Part shown: piece after piece, positions 11,039 to 20,652 of the stretch | How positions within the stretch are numbered: the stretch's first letter is position 1 | Layout of the letters: each line of letters starts with the position of its first letter | Assembly (NCBI GenBank): GCA_045603125.1 | Contig: JAZULN010000021.1 | Coordinates: forward strand, 106 to 64,105 | Length of the DNA: 64,000 nucleotides | Source: Clostridia bacterium | GTDB taxonomy: Bacteria; Bacillota; Clostridia; UBA1381 | Direction: 5' to 3' | Program-made: the position numbers and the translations under genes | Notes under the pieces: model-generated | Told to the model about the DNA's origin: nothing | The model's database searches: none | The model's input: the letters and a program-made list of their open reading frames with translations, nothing else

Positions 11039-11614
11039 TTATGAAATGCATGATTTGATTATGTCATAGATTTTGTTTTTTCTCTCCTCAAAGATTGAGT
11101 CAATAGAGCAGTTTATGTCAACCTTGCCGTATTTTATAATAAATCCGCCGTCAATATTGATAGCTTCTGGGGAGATTGAAATATTGCCCTTTGAAACGTC
11201 CTGTGCTTTTTTCGAAAAATCTTCAGGGAGCCTTTTTAAATCATTCTCCGACATATACATAACTCCGTCTTTTTCTTCGCTATAGTTTTTTAATAATTTA
11301 AGGAGCATATCAAAATATTCAGGTGAATTTTTAAAATCGGTTTTAATGTATTCAAAAACTTCTTTTATAATTTTGGTTTTGGAAGCCAGAACCATCTGAC
11401 GCGCCTCGGATTTTGCTGATAACTCCATAAGATCTGTGAGCTTCATGCACGCATCTTGTGCCTCGGCTTTCTTTTCTTCTATAAGGATTTCTTTATCCTT
11501 TTCGCATTGAATTCTGATTTCGGCAGCTTCCTTGTTGGCCTTTTCCAAAATCACGTCTGCCTCTCTTTGAGCGTCCTTTAGGATTTCGTCAATTATAGTT
11601 GAAAGACCTCCCAT
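11039..11614 (-). CDS. ntpE: V-type ATP synthase subunit E
   Basis: 191-aa protein with a charged coiled-coil N-terminus and a globular C-terminus. Assigned partly by operon position. Confidence 0.8.
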   Translation of the reverse strand: MGGLSTIIDEILKDAQREADVILEKANKEAAEIRIQCEKDKEILIEEKKAEAQDACMKLTDLMELSAKSEARQMVLASKTKIIKEVFEYIKTDFKNSPEYFDMLLKLLKNYSEEKDGVMYMSENDLKRLPEDFSKKAQDVSKGNISISPEAINIDGGFIIKYGKVDINCSIDSIFEERKNKIYDIIKSCIS

Positions 11615-11644
11615 TAAATCAGTCCCTTCCTTTTAATATAGTTT

Positions 11645-12145
<501 letters not shown>

Positions 12146-14107
12146 TTATTTTTCATTTGAAAATTCAAAATATTTTGTATTCATTGAAAGTGGGGTAAAT
12201 TTACGCCCGCCGCCTTCATAGAATTTTTGATAAAACTCAACATATTGCAGTCGGTTTGTGTGAACATAAGCTCCTAACATATTTATTGCAAAGTTCAGGC
12301 TGTGGCCGACTAAAGATATCAGGATATACATAAAAAGTCCCATAATACTGTTGCCACCAAGTGAGCCTAAAACATTTATAACCGATGCAATAACGCCCGT
12401 TGCGAGGCCTAGGGCCATTAGTCTTGAATAGGACAAAACATCACCCACATAGCTTGTGATGTCATATAAACTAAGGACACCGCCAAAAATTTTTCCGATA
12501 AAGTTTTTACTGTTTCTGCCTTGGGTAACTATTAACCCCAAAGCTCCGAAGATTGCCATATATATACCGACATTTGAAAGTGTCTTTTTAGATAACCCCA
12601 TACCGGCTGCCATAACCGAAAGTCCTAATAGCACCAGTATCCAGAACCCTACATCAAATATTGCCGATAGCCGGTCTTTTTCCCGCCATAGCATATAAAA
12701 TTTTATTATAAGACCGGTTATAATGTGGATCATACCAAATGCAACACTTATAATCAGTAACTCCAGTGGTTTTGCCACAGGGTCGATTAAGATGGGGGAT
12801 AGTGTTATATTTCCAGACCCGAAGGTTTTGGAGATGGTTGGAATCATATCACCGAAGAAACTGCCGTACATCAATCCCCAGAAGGTTGTGGATACGCCGC
12901 AGTAGAAAAACATTTTAAAACTACGCCGTTTCTTCTTTTCCAAAAACTTTCCAAATCCCAAAAGCCCACAGACAATCATCAGAAGAAGTCCATAGCCTGC
13001 ATCGGAGAACATCATACCGAAGAACCAGTAATAGAAAAATGCCATAATCGGGTTCGGGTCAATGTCACGGGCTGACGGCATGCTGTAGTCAGATGTTATA
13101 CCTTCAACCGGTGATGAAAAGCCATTGTTTGAAAAAGCTATCGGCACATCGTCGCCCGATGCCTTTTCCGAAAAGACTAATACCGAGAACTTGTCCTCTA
13201 AATCCCGCTTGATTTTTTGGGCTTCATCGGAGGGGATGTAACCCTTTATTATAAAGGTGTTTTTTGTAAGCCGCACTTTGGATAATGCCTCATATTTTTC
13301 ACGCCGCATTGCTAAATGGTCATGGAATAGCTTGATTTCACCTATGAATTTTGCACATTCTCTTAAGTCTTCAAGGTAAGCGTTATTCTCAAAAGTGAGT
13401 GCTTTTTTTGCCTCTTCCAAAACTTCAATCTTTTTCTTTGGAGTGTGATGAGAAAGACTGAAATTCGGTTCTATAAATCCGATTTCACGAAACACCTCTA
13501 AAACCGAATCGTTGCAAACTTTTGGGTAAATGACCATAAGATATGTCCGTTCCTTGTCGCTTTTTATGATTTCCAAGTGAACGGCTTTGATGTCATTTCT
13601 CAAAAAGAACCCAAGCAGTTCTTCTTTTTTGTGTTCCCCCGAAACCGAGCCGATTTTTATAAAGGTTTTTGCGGTTTTTGAGGTCTTCATTGGGATATCC
13701 AAAGCCTCGTAGGGGGAGAGCATATTTTGTTTTGCTGTAATCTTTCCGATATTTTCCTCGTTGGCGGCAATCGACTTATGATTTTTAATAACCCGCCTGA
13801 TATAACCGTCGATACGGTTTATCTCCTCCTTGTCAAGGCTGTAATGGTCTTGACTGAGTTTGGGTCTTTTGGAAAATAGCGAACTCTTTTTTTCTTCGTA
13901 TTTTTCAAGAATAGAGATTGCCTCTAAAGCTGAGGCAATATATGAATCAAACTGAGAGATGTATTGGATAGTATCCTTTTTTTGGAGACCTTCATCGGTG
14001 ATGTCGGAAAACTCCATGACCTGTGATTTATGAAGATATTCAAGGACTGCTTTTCTCGTCTTGTTTAATCCGTATATTTCAACTCTATCCATCTTAACGA
14101 TAGCCAA
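12146..14107 (-). CDS. ntpI: V-type ATP synthase subunit I
   Basis: 653 aa with a soluble N-terminal half and a multi-TM C-terminal half. TTG start with AGGAGG 7 nt upstream. Confidence 0.9.
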   Translation of the reverse strand: MAIVKMDRVEIYGLNKTRKAVLEYLHKSQVMEFSDITDEGLQKKDTIQYISQFDSYIASALEAISILEKYEEKKSSLFSKRPKLSQDHYSLDKEEINRIDGYIRRVIKNHKSIAANEENIGKITAKQNMLSPYEALDIPMKTSKTAKTFIKIGSVSGEHKKEELLGFFLRNDIKAVHLEIIKSDKERTYLMVIYPKVCNDSVLEVFREIGFIEPNFSLSHHTPKKKIEVLEEAKKALTFENNAYLEDLRECAKFIGEIKLFHDHLAMRREKYEALSKVRLTKNTFIIKGYIPSDEAQKIKRDLEDKFSVLVFSEKASGDDVPIAFSNNGFSSPVEGITSDYSMPSARDIDPNPIMAFFYYWFFGMMFSDAGYGLLLMIVCGLLGFGKFLEKKKRRSFKMFFYCGVSTTFWGLMYGSFFGDMIPTISKTFGSGNITLSPILIDPVAKPLELLIISVAFGMIHIITGLIIKFYMLWREKDRLSAIFDVGFWILVLLGLSVMAAGMGLSKKTLSNVGIYMAIFGALGLIVTQGRNSKNFIGKIFGGVLSLYDITSYVGDVLSYSRLMALGLATGVIASVINVLGSLGGNSIMGLFMYILISLVGHSLNFAINMLGAYVHTNRLQYVEFYQKFYEGGGRKFTPLSMNTKYFEFSNEK

Positions 14108-14118
14108 ATTATCGCCTC

Positions 14119-14430
14119 CTATCTTGAAAGTTCTTCATAAACTGCCTTTTTGGCTTTTGCTTTATTTAATTCTAAATTCTCGTTTATAAAGTCTATTTCC
14201 AGTTTGGCAGAGTCTTTTATCGTTTTTGATTTATCGTCAGCGAGCTGTTTTGCGGCAGCTAAAACCTGTTCTTTGTCGAGTTCTAAATTTTGCTTTGTCT
14301 GTTCTATTTCATTTACTGCTTTGGCAGTAGCTTCTGAAATAATTCGCTCGGCTTCGCCAAGTGCCCGGTCAATAATCGCCTGGGCATCGCTTTCTGCCTG
14401 ACGGATTTTTTCTAATGCATCATGTGCCAT
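14119..14430 (-). CDS. V-type ATP synthase small peripheral-stalk subunit (G/H-like)
   Basis: 103-aa all-helical charged protein and first gene of the operon. Equivalent to the first gene (NtpF) of the Enterococcus hirae ntp operon. Confidence 0.7.
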   Translation of the reverse strand: MAHDALEKIRQAESDAQAIIDRALGEAERIISEATAKAVNEIEQTKQNLELDKEQVLAAAKQLADDKSKTIKDSAKLEIDFINENLELNKAKAKKAVYEELSR

Positions 14431-14473
14431 AAAAAGCCTCCTTTTTTAAATTACTATAATAAAATAGGGCATG

Positions 14474-14620
14474 CTAAGAAACAATGCCCTCACAACTATA
14501 TTTAGTATGAACGTAAATTTTGGTTTCATTCCCCAAAAAAATGCACATCGAAAGAAGGTCACATAACTTTTCTAAAACGTTAATGACTTTGTTTTTATAT
14601 GAATATAAAAGAATGTTCAT
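14474..14620 (-). CDS. Possible 48-aa small ORF between scfB and the V-ATPase operon (not in the ORF track)
   Basis: GGAGG sits 8 nt upstream of the ATG at 14620. Product is MNILLYSYKNKVINVLEKLCDLLSMCIFLGNETKIYVHTKYSCEGIVS. The stop is embedded in the hairpin GGGCAT..ATGCCC followed by a T-rich run. I recognise no homology. Confidence 0.25.
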   Translation of the reverse strand: MNILLYSYKNKVINVLEKLCDLLSMCIFLGNETKIYVHTKYSCEGIVS

Positions 14621-14667
14621 AATTATAACCTCCAAACAAGGCATTTTTCAGGGGGTTTAGAATCTGA

Positions 14668-16041
14668 TTATTTGTCCATTGCCTTTATTGCCTCTATTGC
14701 AATAGCGCATTCCACTCTCTTTTTCTCAAATTCACAAGCAAGAGCATAGGGCTTATTGATATCTTTATTGAAATTATAAGCATTGGCAGAACAGCCACCG
14801 CTACAATAGAATTTTGCAAAACAATCCTTACATTTTTCCTTGGTATATACGTTTGATTTTTCAAAGCCTAAGCGGATATCCTCGTTAATTTTATCATCAA
14901 AAACTGTACCCATTTTAAAGTCTTGGTTTCCAACAAACTGGTGACACGGATAGATGTCGCCATCGGGAGTAACTGCAAGGTATTCGTGTCCTGCACCACA
15001 CCCTGACAGCCTTTTTACAACGCAAGGACCCTGGTCTAAATCTATCATGAAATGGAAGAAATTAAAGCCTTTTCCTTCCTTTCGTCTCTTAACATATTCC
15101 TTGGCAAGCTTTTCATATTCCGCAAATACCACAGGGATATGCTCCTCGGTCAGGGCATAGTCCTCGGTTTCGGGAGCAACAACCGGCTCAACGCTTGTCT
15201 GCTTAAAGCCAAGGTCTGCCATATGTAAAACATCCTCTGAAAAATGCAGATTTTTTGCAGTAAATGTACCACGAACATAATAGTTGTCCTGATTACGGCT
15301 ATTGGCAAGGTCGATAAACTTCGGAACAAGGGCATCATATGTGCCGCTGCCATCAACACGATATCTCATGCGGTCATTGGTTTCTTTCTTGCCGTCAAGA
15401 CTCAAAACCACGTTGGACATATTCTTATTTACATATTCCTTGACCTCGTCGTTTAGTAAAATTCCGTTGGTTGTAATTGTAAAACGGAAATTTTTGCCGT
15501 GGATTTTCTCCTGTTCCTTTGCGTATTCTGTGATTCCCTTTACAACCTCAAAGTTCATTAAAGGCTCGCCACCAAAATAATCAATTTCGATATTTTTTCT
15601 GGTGCCTGAATTTTTTATTACAAAATCTATTGCCTTTTTTCCAACTTCCAGGGTCATCATACCGCGACGACCGTGAAACTCGCCGGTATCGGCAAAGCAG
15701 TATTTACAGCGAAGGTTACAGTCGTGGGCAATGTGAAGGCAGAGTGCCTTTACCACTGACTTTTTATTCCAGTTTTTTGCGATTTCCTCATACATGTCCT
15801 CGGAAAAGAGTGAGCCGTCTTTATAAAGGGCCACCATTTCCTCGTATGTTTCCAGGATATCCTCTTCCTTATATTTATCCGACATCTTCTCTAAAAAGTA
15901 ATCTTTTTTATACTCTTCCTCAGAGAAGGGTTCCTTGACAAAATCCAACATATCATAAAAGATGTCGTCCAAAACATGCACACTTCCGCTATATACGTCA
16001 AGGACAAGATTTAGTCCTAACTGTTTAAATTTATGTATCAA
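14668..16041 (-). CDS. scfB: Radical SAM/SPASM thioether-forming SCIFF peptide maturase
   Basis: CxxxCxxC cluster (CNLRCKYC) plus C-terminal SPASM cysteines (CKDCFAKFYCSGGC). Lies directly downstream of a SCIFF precursor. Confidence 0.9.
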   Translation of the reverse strand: MIHKFKQLGLNLVLDVYSGSVHVLDDIFYDMLDFVKEPFSEEEYKKDYFLEKMSDKYKEEDILETYEEMVALYKDGSLFSEDMYEEIAKNWNKKSVVKALCLHIAHDCNLRCKYCFADTGEFHGRRGMMTLEVGKKAIDFVIKNSGTRKNIEIDYFGGEPLMNFEVVKGITEYAKEQEKIHGKNFRFTITTNGILLNDEVKEYVNKNMSNVVLSLDGKKETNDRMRYRVDGSGTYDALVPKFIDLANSRNQDNYYVRGTFTAKNLHFSEDVLHMADLGFKQTSVEPVVAPETEDYALTEEHIPVVFAEYEKLAKEYVKRRKEGKGFNFFHFMIDLDQGPCVVKRLSGCGAGHEYLAVTPDGDIYPCHQFVGNQDFKMGTVFDDKINEDIRLGFEKSNVYTKEKCKDCFAKFYCSGGCSANAYNFNKDINKPYALACEFEKKRVECAIAIEAIKAMDK

Positions 16042-16072
16042 CTCAAAAAACTCCTTAAATTATGATAATCCT

Positions 16073-16106
16073 ACAAAACCGAAAGCGAAAAGGCTTTCGG
16101 TTTTGT
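16073..16106 (-). promoter_or_regulatory. Intercistronic hairpin between scfA and scfB (putative attenuator or transcript-stabilising element)
   Basis: ACAAAACCGAAAGC..GCTTTCGGTTTTGT: a 12-14-bp stem between the precursor and maturase genes. Confidence 0.55.
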
Positions 16107-16143
16107 GATTCGTTCTTTAATTAGAATAGTTAAATAAAGAGAA

Positions 16144-16284
16144 TTATACTCTTTCGCACTTTTGGTTTGCAACTGTGCAAGATGTCTTACAAGCAGATTG
16201 GCATGATGTCTGACATTCGCCACAACCGCCGTGCTTTGCACTGTCCTTAAGAGTTTTGCTGTTTAATGTTACTGAATGTTTCAT
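16144..16284 (-). CDS. scfA: SCIFF (six cysteines in forty-five residues) ribosomal peptide precursor
   Basis: Hand-translated as MKHSVTLNSKTLKDSAKHGGCGECQTSCQSACKTSCTVANQKCERV. The GGCGECQTSCQSACKTSCTV core is the SCIFF signature. GGGAGG RBS upstream. Confidence 0.9.
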   Translation of the reverse strand: MKHSVTLNSKTLKDSAKHGGCGECQTSCQSACKTSCTVANQKCERV

Positions 16285-16338
16285 TTTAAAATCCTCCCAA
16301 AATTTCAATTAAATGGTATATTTAAATACATTACCCAT

Positions 16339-16367
16339 ATTATACCACAAAAAATTTAATATTGCAA
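16339..16367 (-). promoter_or_regulatory. Sigma-A type promoter for scfAB
   Basis: On the minus strand: TTGCAA, 17-nt spacer, TATAAT, preceded by an extended TGG. Confidence 0.55.
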
Positions 16368-16410
16368 TGAATTTTTAAAAAAATACGGGCATTTTCCAGA
16401 AAATTAAATA

Positions 16411-16875
16411 TCAAAGAAATTCGCTTCCGTCTTCAGGCACGTCTTCGATTTCAATATCCTCTACCAAAATATCATCAGCATTGTTTTTTGCGTTTTCCTT
16501 TTCAAAGCTAACCCCGTCGATGTGAATGTTTACCTTTTCAACTGTAAGGCCTGTCATACTCTCAACGCTTTCTTTAACATTTTCCTGAATTTCCCAGGCA
16601 AGCTCAGGGATTCTGATGCCGTAGTCAACAATAACGAATAAATCGATTGTAGCAACGTCTTCCTGAATCTCAACCTTTACACCCTTAGTAGGGCTTTTTT
16701 TGCTTCCCAAAAATTCAGCGATTCCGCCTGCGATACTTCCGCACATGCCCGCCACACCTTCAATTTCGTTAGCAGCTATTCCGGCGATGGTTGCCACAAC
16801 ATCTACCGAGATTTTAACGTTGCCTTTTTCCTCGCATGCATTGTTTTCAAGAATTGGGTTATTCATATCTACCAT
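16411..16875 (-). CDS. Asp23/Gls24-family envelope stress (alkaline shock) protein
   Basis: KISVDVVATIAGIAANEIEGVAGM core and an acidic C-terminal tail. Confidence 0.8.
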   Translation of the reverse strand: MVDMNNPILENNACEEKGNVKISVDVVATIAGIAANEIEGVAGMCGSIAGGIAEFLGSKKSPTKGVKVEIQEDVATIDLFVIVDYGIRIPELAWEIQENVKESVESMTGLTVEKVNIHIDGVSFEKENAKNNADDILVEDIEIEDVPEDGSEFL

Positions 16876-16990
16876 AGTAAATCCTCCTAGAATATTTAAA
16901 GTTCATTTGTATCAAGTTTTATTATATTATACCACTAATTTCTAAATACTTCAATATTATTTATAAAACATTCATATTTTTTTAAAAATT

Positions 16991-17530
16991 TTATTTAACC
17001 TCCACAATTTTTACTGCCGACGGATCGATGGAGAGTTGGCTTGATGCGATATCTTTTAGTTTTATAACATCCTGATCGGAAAAGCCGTCTTTTTTAACTA
17101 TAATCTCCACTGAATCACCATCTATGTATGCAGAGATATTTTCATAGCCCTTTGCCTTTGCGGTGTTTTCTATGGCGTTTTCCTTTTCCACATATTTTGC
17201 AATATCTAAGATTTCTGTTTGTGCTTTTTTTCTTATATTTTCATCAAAACTTTGATTGTTTGCAGTTTCTTCTAAAATTTCCAAAGCCTTTGAACGTGCG
17301 TTTTCCTTCTCCATTTTAGCACTTGTAAAGTAGTTTGTAGATGCTACCGCCTGAACCTCGCCGTCCTGATTACTTACATACTGTGCTTCACCAAGACGCT
17401 TTGCCTCATCAAAAGACTCACCGTCGGTAACACGGATAGTATCCTGATATGACCAGTTTAGGTAGCCTGCCACACCGATTAAAACCACCAAGCTTGCCGC
17501 AATTATTTCCTTCTTTTTTAAAACCAACAT
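16991..17530 (-). CDS. spoIIIAH: Stage III sporulation protein AH
   Basis: N-terminal TM segment plus a YscJ/FliF-like C-terminal domain. Last gene of the spoIIIA operon. Confidence 0.8.
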   Translation of the reverse strand: MLVLKKKEIIAASLVVLIGVAGYLNWSYQDTIRVTDGESFDEAKRLGEAQYVSNQDGEVQAVASTNYFTSAKMEKENARSKALEILEETANNQSFDENIRKKAQTEILDIAKYVEKENAIENTAKAKGYENISAYIDGDSVEIIVKKDGFSDQDVIKLKDIASSQLSIDPSAVKIVEVK

Positions 17531-17548
17531 ATTTTTCGTTCCCTTCTT

Positions 17549-18019
17549 TTATTTTGATAATATACACACCTTGTGCGGAGCAATGTCGTAGGCCGTCATT
17601 ACAGCATCTAATATGTCCGCTTTTACTTTTGCATTCTCAGTCCCTTTGGCAATAACCACCACTCCTTTCACCTTCGGGTAGGATTTGCTTTGGACAAACG
17701 GCCCGTCGTCAGACATTATCACCCTTTTGTCCACCGTTTCCTCGTAACCTTCCGAACCTCTGTCAAAAGTGTCGGATTGGATTTCATAGGCTAGATTACT
17801 TTCGACCGTGCCATGGAACGTAACCATAACCGAAACATCCCTGACCCCGTCGATTTCTTCTAAGATTTCTTTGAGCCGCTGGTCGTCATTATATTGCTCA
17901 AGGGTCTCGGTTTTCGTCTTCGGGGAAGGGAGCATCATAAGAAGTGCTCCGATTATCAGTATTATAGTAATTATTATATTATTCTTTTTTTTGAAAAATT
18001 CCATTAGTTTTTTATTCAA
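17549..18019 (-). CDS. spoIIIAG: Stage III sporulation protein AG
   Basis: Assigned by operon position. Single TM segment followed by a ring-forming domain. Confidence 0.8.
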   Translation of the reverse strand: MNKKLMEFFKKKNNIIITIILIIGALLMMLPSPKTKTETLEQYNDDQRLKEILEEIDGVRDVSVMVTFHGTVESNLAYEIQSDTFDRGSEGYEETVDKRVIMSDDGPFVQSKSYPKVKGVVVIAKGTENAKVKADILDAVMTAYDIAPHKVCILSK

Positions 18020-18456
18020 ACCCAGGTCACCTCGTCAGCACCGTATATAAATTTTACTCGGTCGGTTATTTTTTGATTTTCCCGCCCCTTTATAGTAATT
18101 TTCTTAACTTTCTCAATTTTTCCGTTTTTATCGCATAAAACTGTCACATCTGCCGTGACGTTTTCTGAAAATTCCTCTAATACCCGTCGTTCTAGGTCGG
18201 AAGCTACCTTCTCCTCAAGCTCCTTTTTTACATTTTCATATAAAATCTCGTTACCTTCTTTTGAGTAATCTGATTTAAGTTCAAACTCATCAAAGATTTT
18301 TATGTCCCTTTTAAATGTGAAAGGGGATAAAAGAACACTAATTATCATGAATCCTGAAATAAGGTTTATATATTTTTTCCACTTTTTGTCCACCAGGTGT
18401 TCCGAAAATGCGGCAAGAAGGCTTACCCCCACAATTTTTAAAATATATTCTTTCAT
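18016..18456 (-). CDS. spoIIIAF: Stage III sporulation protein AF
   Basis: Assigned by operon position. Two N-terminal TM segments; 146 aa. Confidence 0.75.
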   Translation of the reverse strand: MKEYILKIVGVSLLAAFSEHLVDKKWKKYINLISGFMIISVLLSPFTFKRDIKIFDEFELKSDYSKEGNEILYENVKKELEEKVASDLERRVLEEFSENVTADVTVLCDKNGKIEKVKKITIKGRENQKITDRVKFIYGADEVTWV

Positions 18457-18467
18457 ATGTACCTCTC

Positions 18468-19523
18468 TTAGTTTGCACCAATTATTATGGCAATGCTTAT
18501 TATAAAGAGCATTGATGTGGCAATAACCATTGAAAAGACTGTGGTTATGGGGGAAATAATGTCGGAAATCATATCAGAAATCCGCTTATCAGTTAAAGGC
18601 TCCACCGATGCCTGAGCAAGCTTTAGCATTAAAATTATTGCACCAAGTTTTAAAATCGGGACAGTACATATTGTGATTACCGTAATTATTCCGGCAGTTC
18701 CCACGGCATTTTTCATAAGCTTTGCACCGGTTAATACTGTTTCCACTGTATCCGATACAAGCCCGCCAACTACCGGCACACAGCTACCGACGGTAAACTG
18801 CAGGGCCTTAAGACTTACAGCATCTAACACGGGGACACTAAATCCATATATGGCATTTATACCGGTAAAAACAGTTAAAATTCCGGTTAAAATCCATTTT
18901 GAAAAGCTTTTTATAAGATTAGTAAGGCTTTTTAATTGTACACGTTTTGAAATGTTATTTACAATCCCAAGGATAGCACTTAAAGTTACCATGGGGATAA
19001 TAAATTGGTTTATAATAACCGATACAACATAAATTGCACCCGACAAAACCGGATAGAAACTGCCGGCAGATGCGACTTTGCCACTGGCTATCAGCGAGAT
19101 TGTAAGAACGGGTGCAATTTTGGTTGTAAAGTCGGTCAAGTTTTTTATAACCTCAGCACCATATCCCACAATCTCTGAAATAAGGCTCGATAGCAAAATA
19201 GCAATCAAGGTAAAGCAAGTAAAAAAGGCAGCCTCACCGCTCGCGGAATTTCCAAAGGATAACTGCAAGACGTTTAGTGTCCCCGAAATTGCGGCGATAA
19301 CCACAATATTTATAATTAGTTTTTTGCTGTTTTTGACTTCCTTCATAAATGTATCCAAGGCGGTGTTTATGATTTTTGCCGGACTCAAAGTAAACTCGCC
19401 CGAGAGTATGTCGCTGACATTCTTATTGTATTGGGATTCGCCTTGGATATAGAAGTCGGTTTTAGCATATGCCGGGGACATAAAACTAAAAAGGAGAAGG
19501 GTTAGTATAAATATTTTTTTCAT
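18468..19523 (-). CDS. spoIIIAE: Stage III sporulation protein AE
   Basis: Signal peptide plus a polytopic membrane protein. The ATG at 19523 has AGGTGA 5 nt upstream. Confidence 0.85.
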   Translation of the reverse strand: MKKIFILTLLLFSFMSPAYAKTDFYIQGESQYNKNVSDILSGEFTLSPAKIINTALDTFMKEVKNSKKLIINIVVIAAISGTLNVLQLSFGNSASGEAAFFTCFTLIAILLSSLISEIVGYGAEVIKNLTDFTTKIAPVLTISLIASGKVASAGSFYPVLSGAIYVVSVIINQFIIPMVTLSAILGIVNNISKRVQLKSLTNLIKSFSKWILTGILTVFTGINAIYGFSVPVLDAVSLKALQFTVGSCVPVVGGLVSDTVETVLTGAKLMKNAVGTAGIITVITICTVPILKLGAIILMLKLAQASVEPLTDKRISDMISDIISPITTVFSMVIATSMLFIISIAIIIGAN

Positions 19524-19532
19524 ATGTATCAC

Positions 19533-19925
19533 CTAAAGAGTGTTTAAAATTTCAATAACTATATTTAAAAACTCTGAAATAACAGGGACAGTTAAGGAAA
19601 TAACGCAAATTTTTCCGGCAGCATCGACTTTTGTTGCAATAGAGTTATAGCCTGAATCTTTGCAAATTTCGGAGCCGAATTGTGTTACATAGGATATACC
19701 GATGACTTTTAAAATAATTTTAAAGTATCTTGACTCTATGCCTGTCTTTAATATAATTTTTCGGAGAGCATCAATTACCGAAAATATATTCTGAGAAATA
19801 ACTAGTATTATAAAAATTCCTGTCGCAAGAGCAGTTATTATTGCGTATTCGGGTCGGTAATTTTTAAGTGTAACAGAAAAAAATGCTCCGATAATGGCAA
19901 TAGAGATTATCTGGAATATGTTCAC
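19533..19925 (-). CDS. spoIIIAD: Stage III sporulation protein AD
   Basis: 130-aa, four-TM protein beginning NIFQIISIAIIGAFF. Confidence 0.85.
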   Translation of the reverse strand: MNIFQIISIAIIGAFFSVTLKNYRPEYAIITALATGIFIILVISQNIFSVIDALRKIILKTGIESRYFKIILKVIGISYVTQFGSEICKDSGYNSIATKVDAAGKICVISLTVPVISEFLNIVIEILNTL

Positions 19926-19939
19926 GAAAATGTTCCTTT

Positions 19940-20134
19940 CTAAAGATCGAAAATGTTTTTTAGGGTATCAAACAGATTGCCGATTTCTTGCGATAGCATC
20001 ACTAAAACCACTAAAAGTCCGGCGATTGTAGTGAGGAGGGCTTGTTCCTCACGGCCCGCGCGAGATAAAAGTTGGTTCAGTATTGCAACTACCATTCCAA
20101 CCCCCGCAATTTTGAATATTAAGTCTACATTCAA
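19940..20134 (-). CDS. spoIIIAC: Stage III sporulation protein AC
   Basis: 64-aa, two-TM protein with the AGREEQA motif. Confidence 0.85.
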   Translation of the reverse strand: MNVDLIFKIAGVGMVVAILNQLLSRAGREEQALLTTIAGLLVVLVMLSQEIGNLFDTLKNIFDL

Positions 20135-20145
20135 TGAAATTCCTC

Positions 20146-20652
20146 CTAAATAAGCAGTATTATTGCACCAATTCCGACAGATAGACTTATGCTTCGGTAA
20201 AGCCTTGACAGAGTTTTAAAGTTTTTTTGAGCATCGTCTATGGGGCTTTTTAACAATTTCTGGATATACTGTATGTTCTTTACCTGATTATCTATGTCGG
20301 TTGTACCGAGTTGATGGGAAAGAGATAAAAGAATTTTTATGTCCCCATCGGTAAGTGAAAGCTCGGATTTAAAGGCTTTAATGCTTCTTTGCCAGGATAA
20401 CTTTATCCCGTCTTTTTTTATCCCGGATATTAAATGGGGTAAAAAATCGCCAAGGTCTACCGAGTATGAAATATTTAAAAAAGCAGTCTCCAATGGGTTA
20501 TTTAAATAGGCTATTTCGGTTTCCAAAAGAATTAAAAGCCTGTCAAAAGCCTTTAGGGAATCCCGTCGTTTTCTTAGCTTGTCTGTCAGGCAGTTGCTAA
20601 AAAACATACAGGATACTATTATAAATATCGCCCCTATTAACTTACGAAACAC
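20146..20652 (-). CDS. spoIIIAB: Stage III sporulation protein AB
   Basis: Assigned by operon position. I prefer the GTG at 20652 (GAGGAAG upstream, short overlap with the spoIIIAA stop) over the tracked 20682 start, which gives a 41-nt overlap. Confidence 0.75.
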   Translation of the reverse strand: MFRKLIGAIFIIVSCMFFSNCLTDKLRKRRDSLKAFDRLLILLETEIAYLNNPLETAFLNISYSVDLGDFLPHLISGIKKDGIKLSWQRSIKAFKSELSLTDGDIKILLSLSHQLGTTDIDNQVKNIQYIQKLLKSPIDDAQKNFKTLSRLYRSISLSVGIGAIILLI

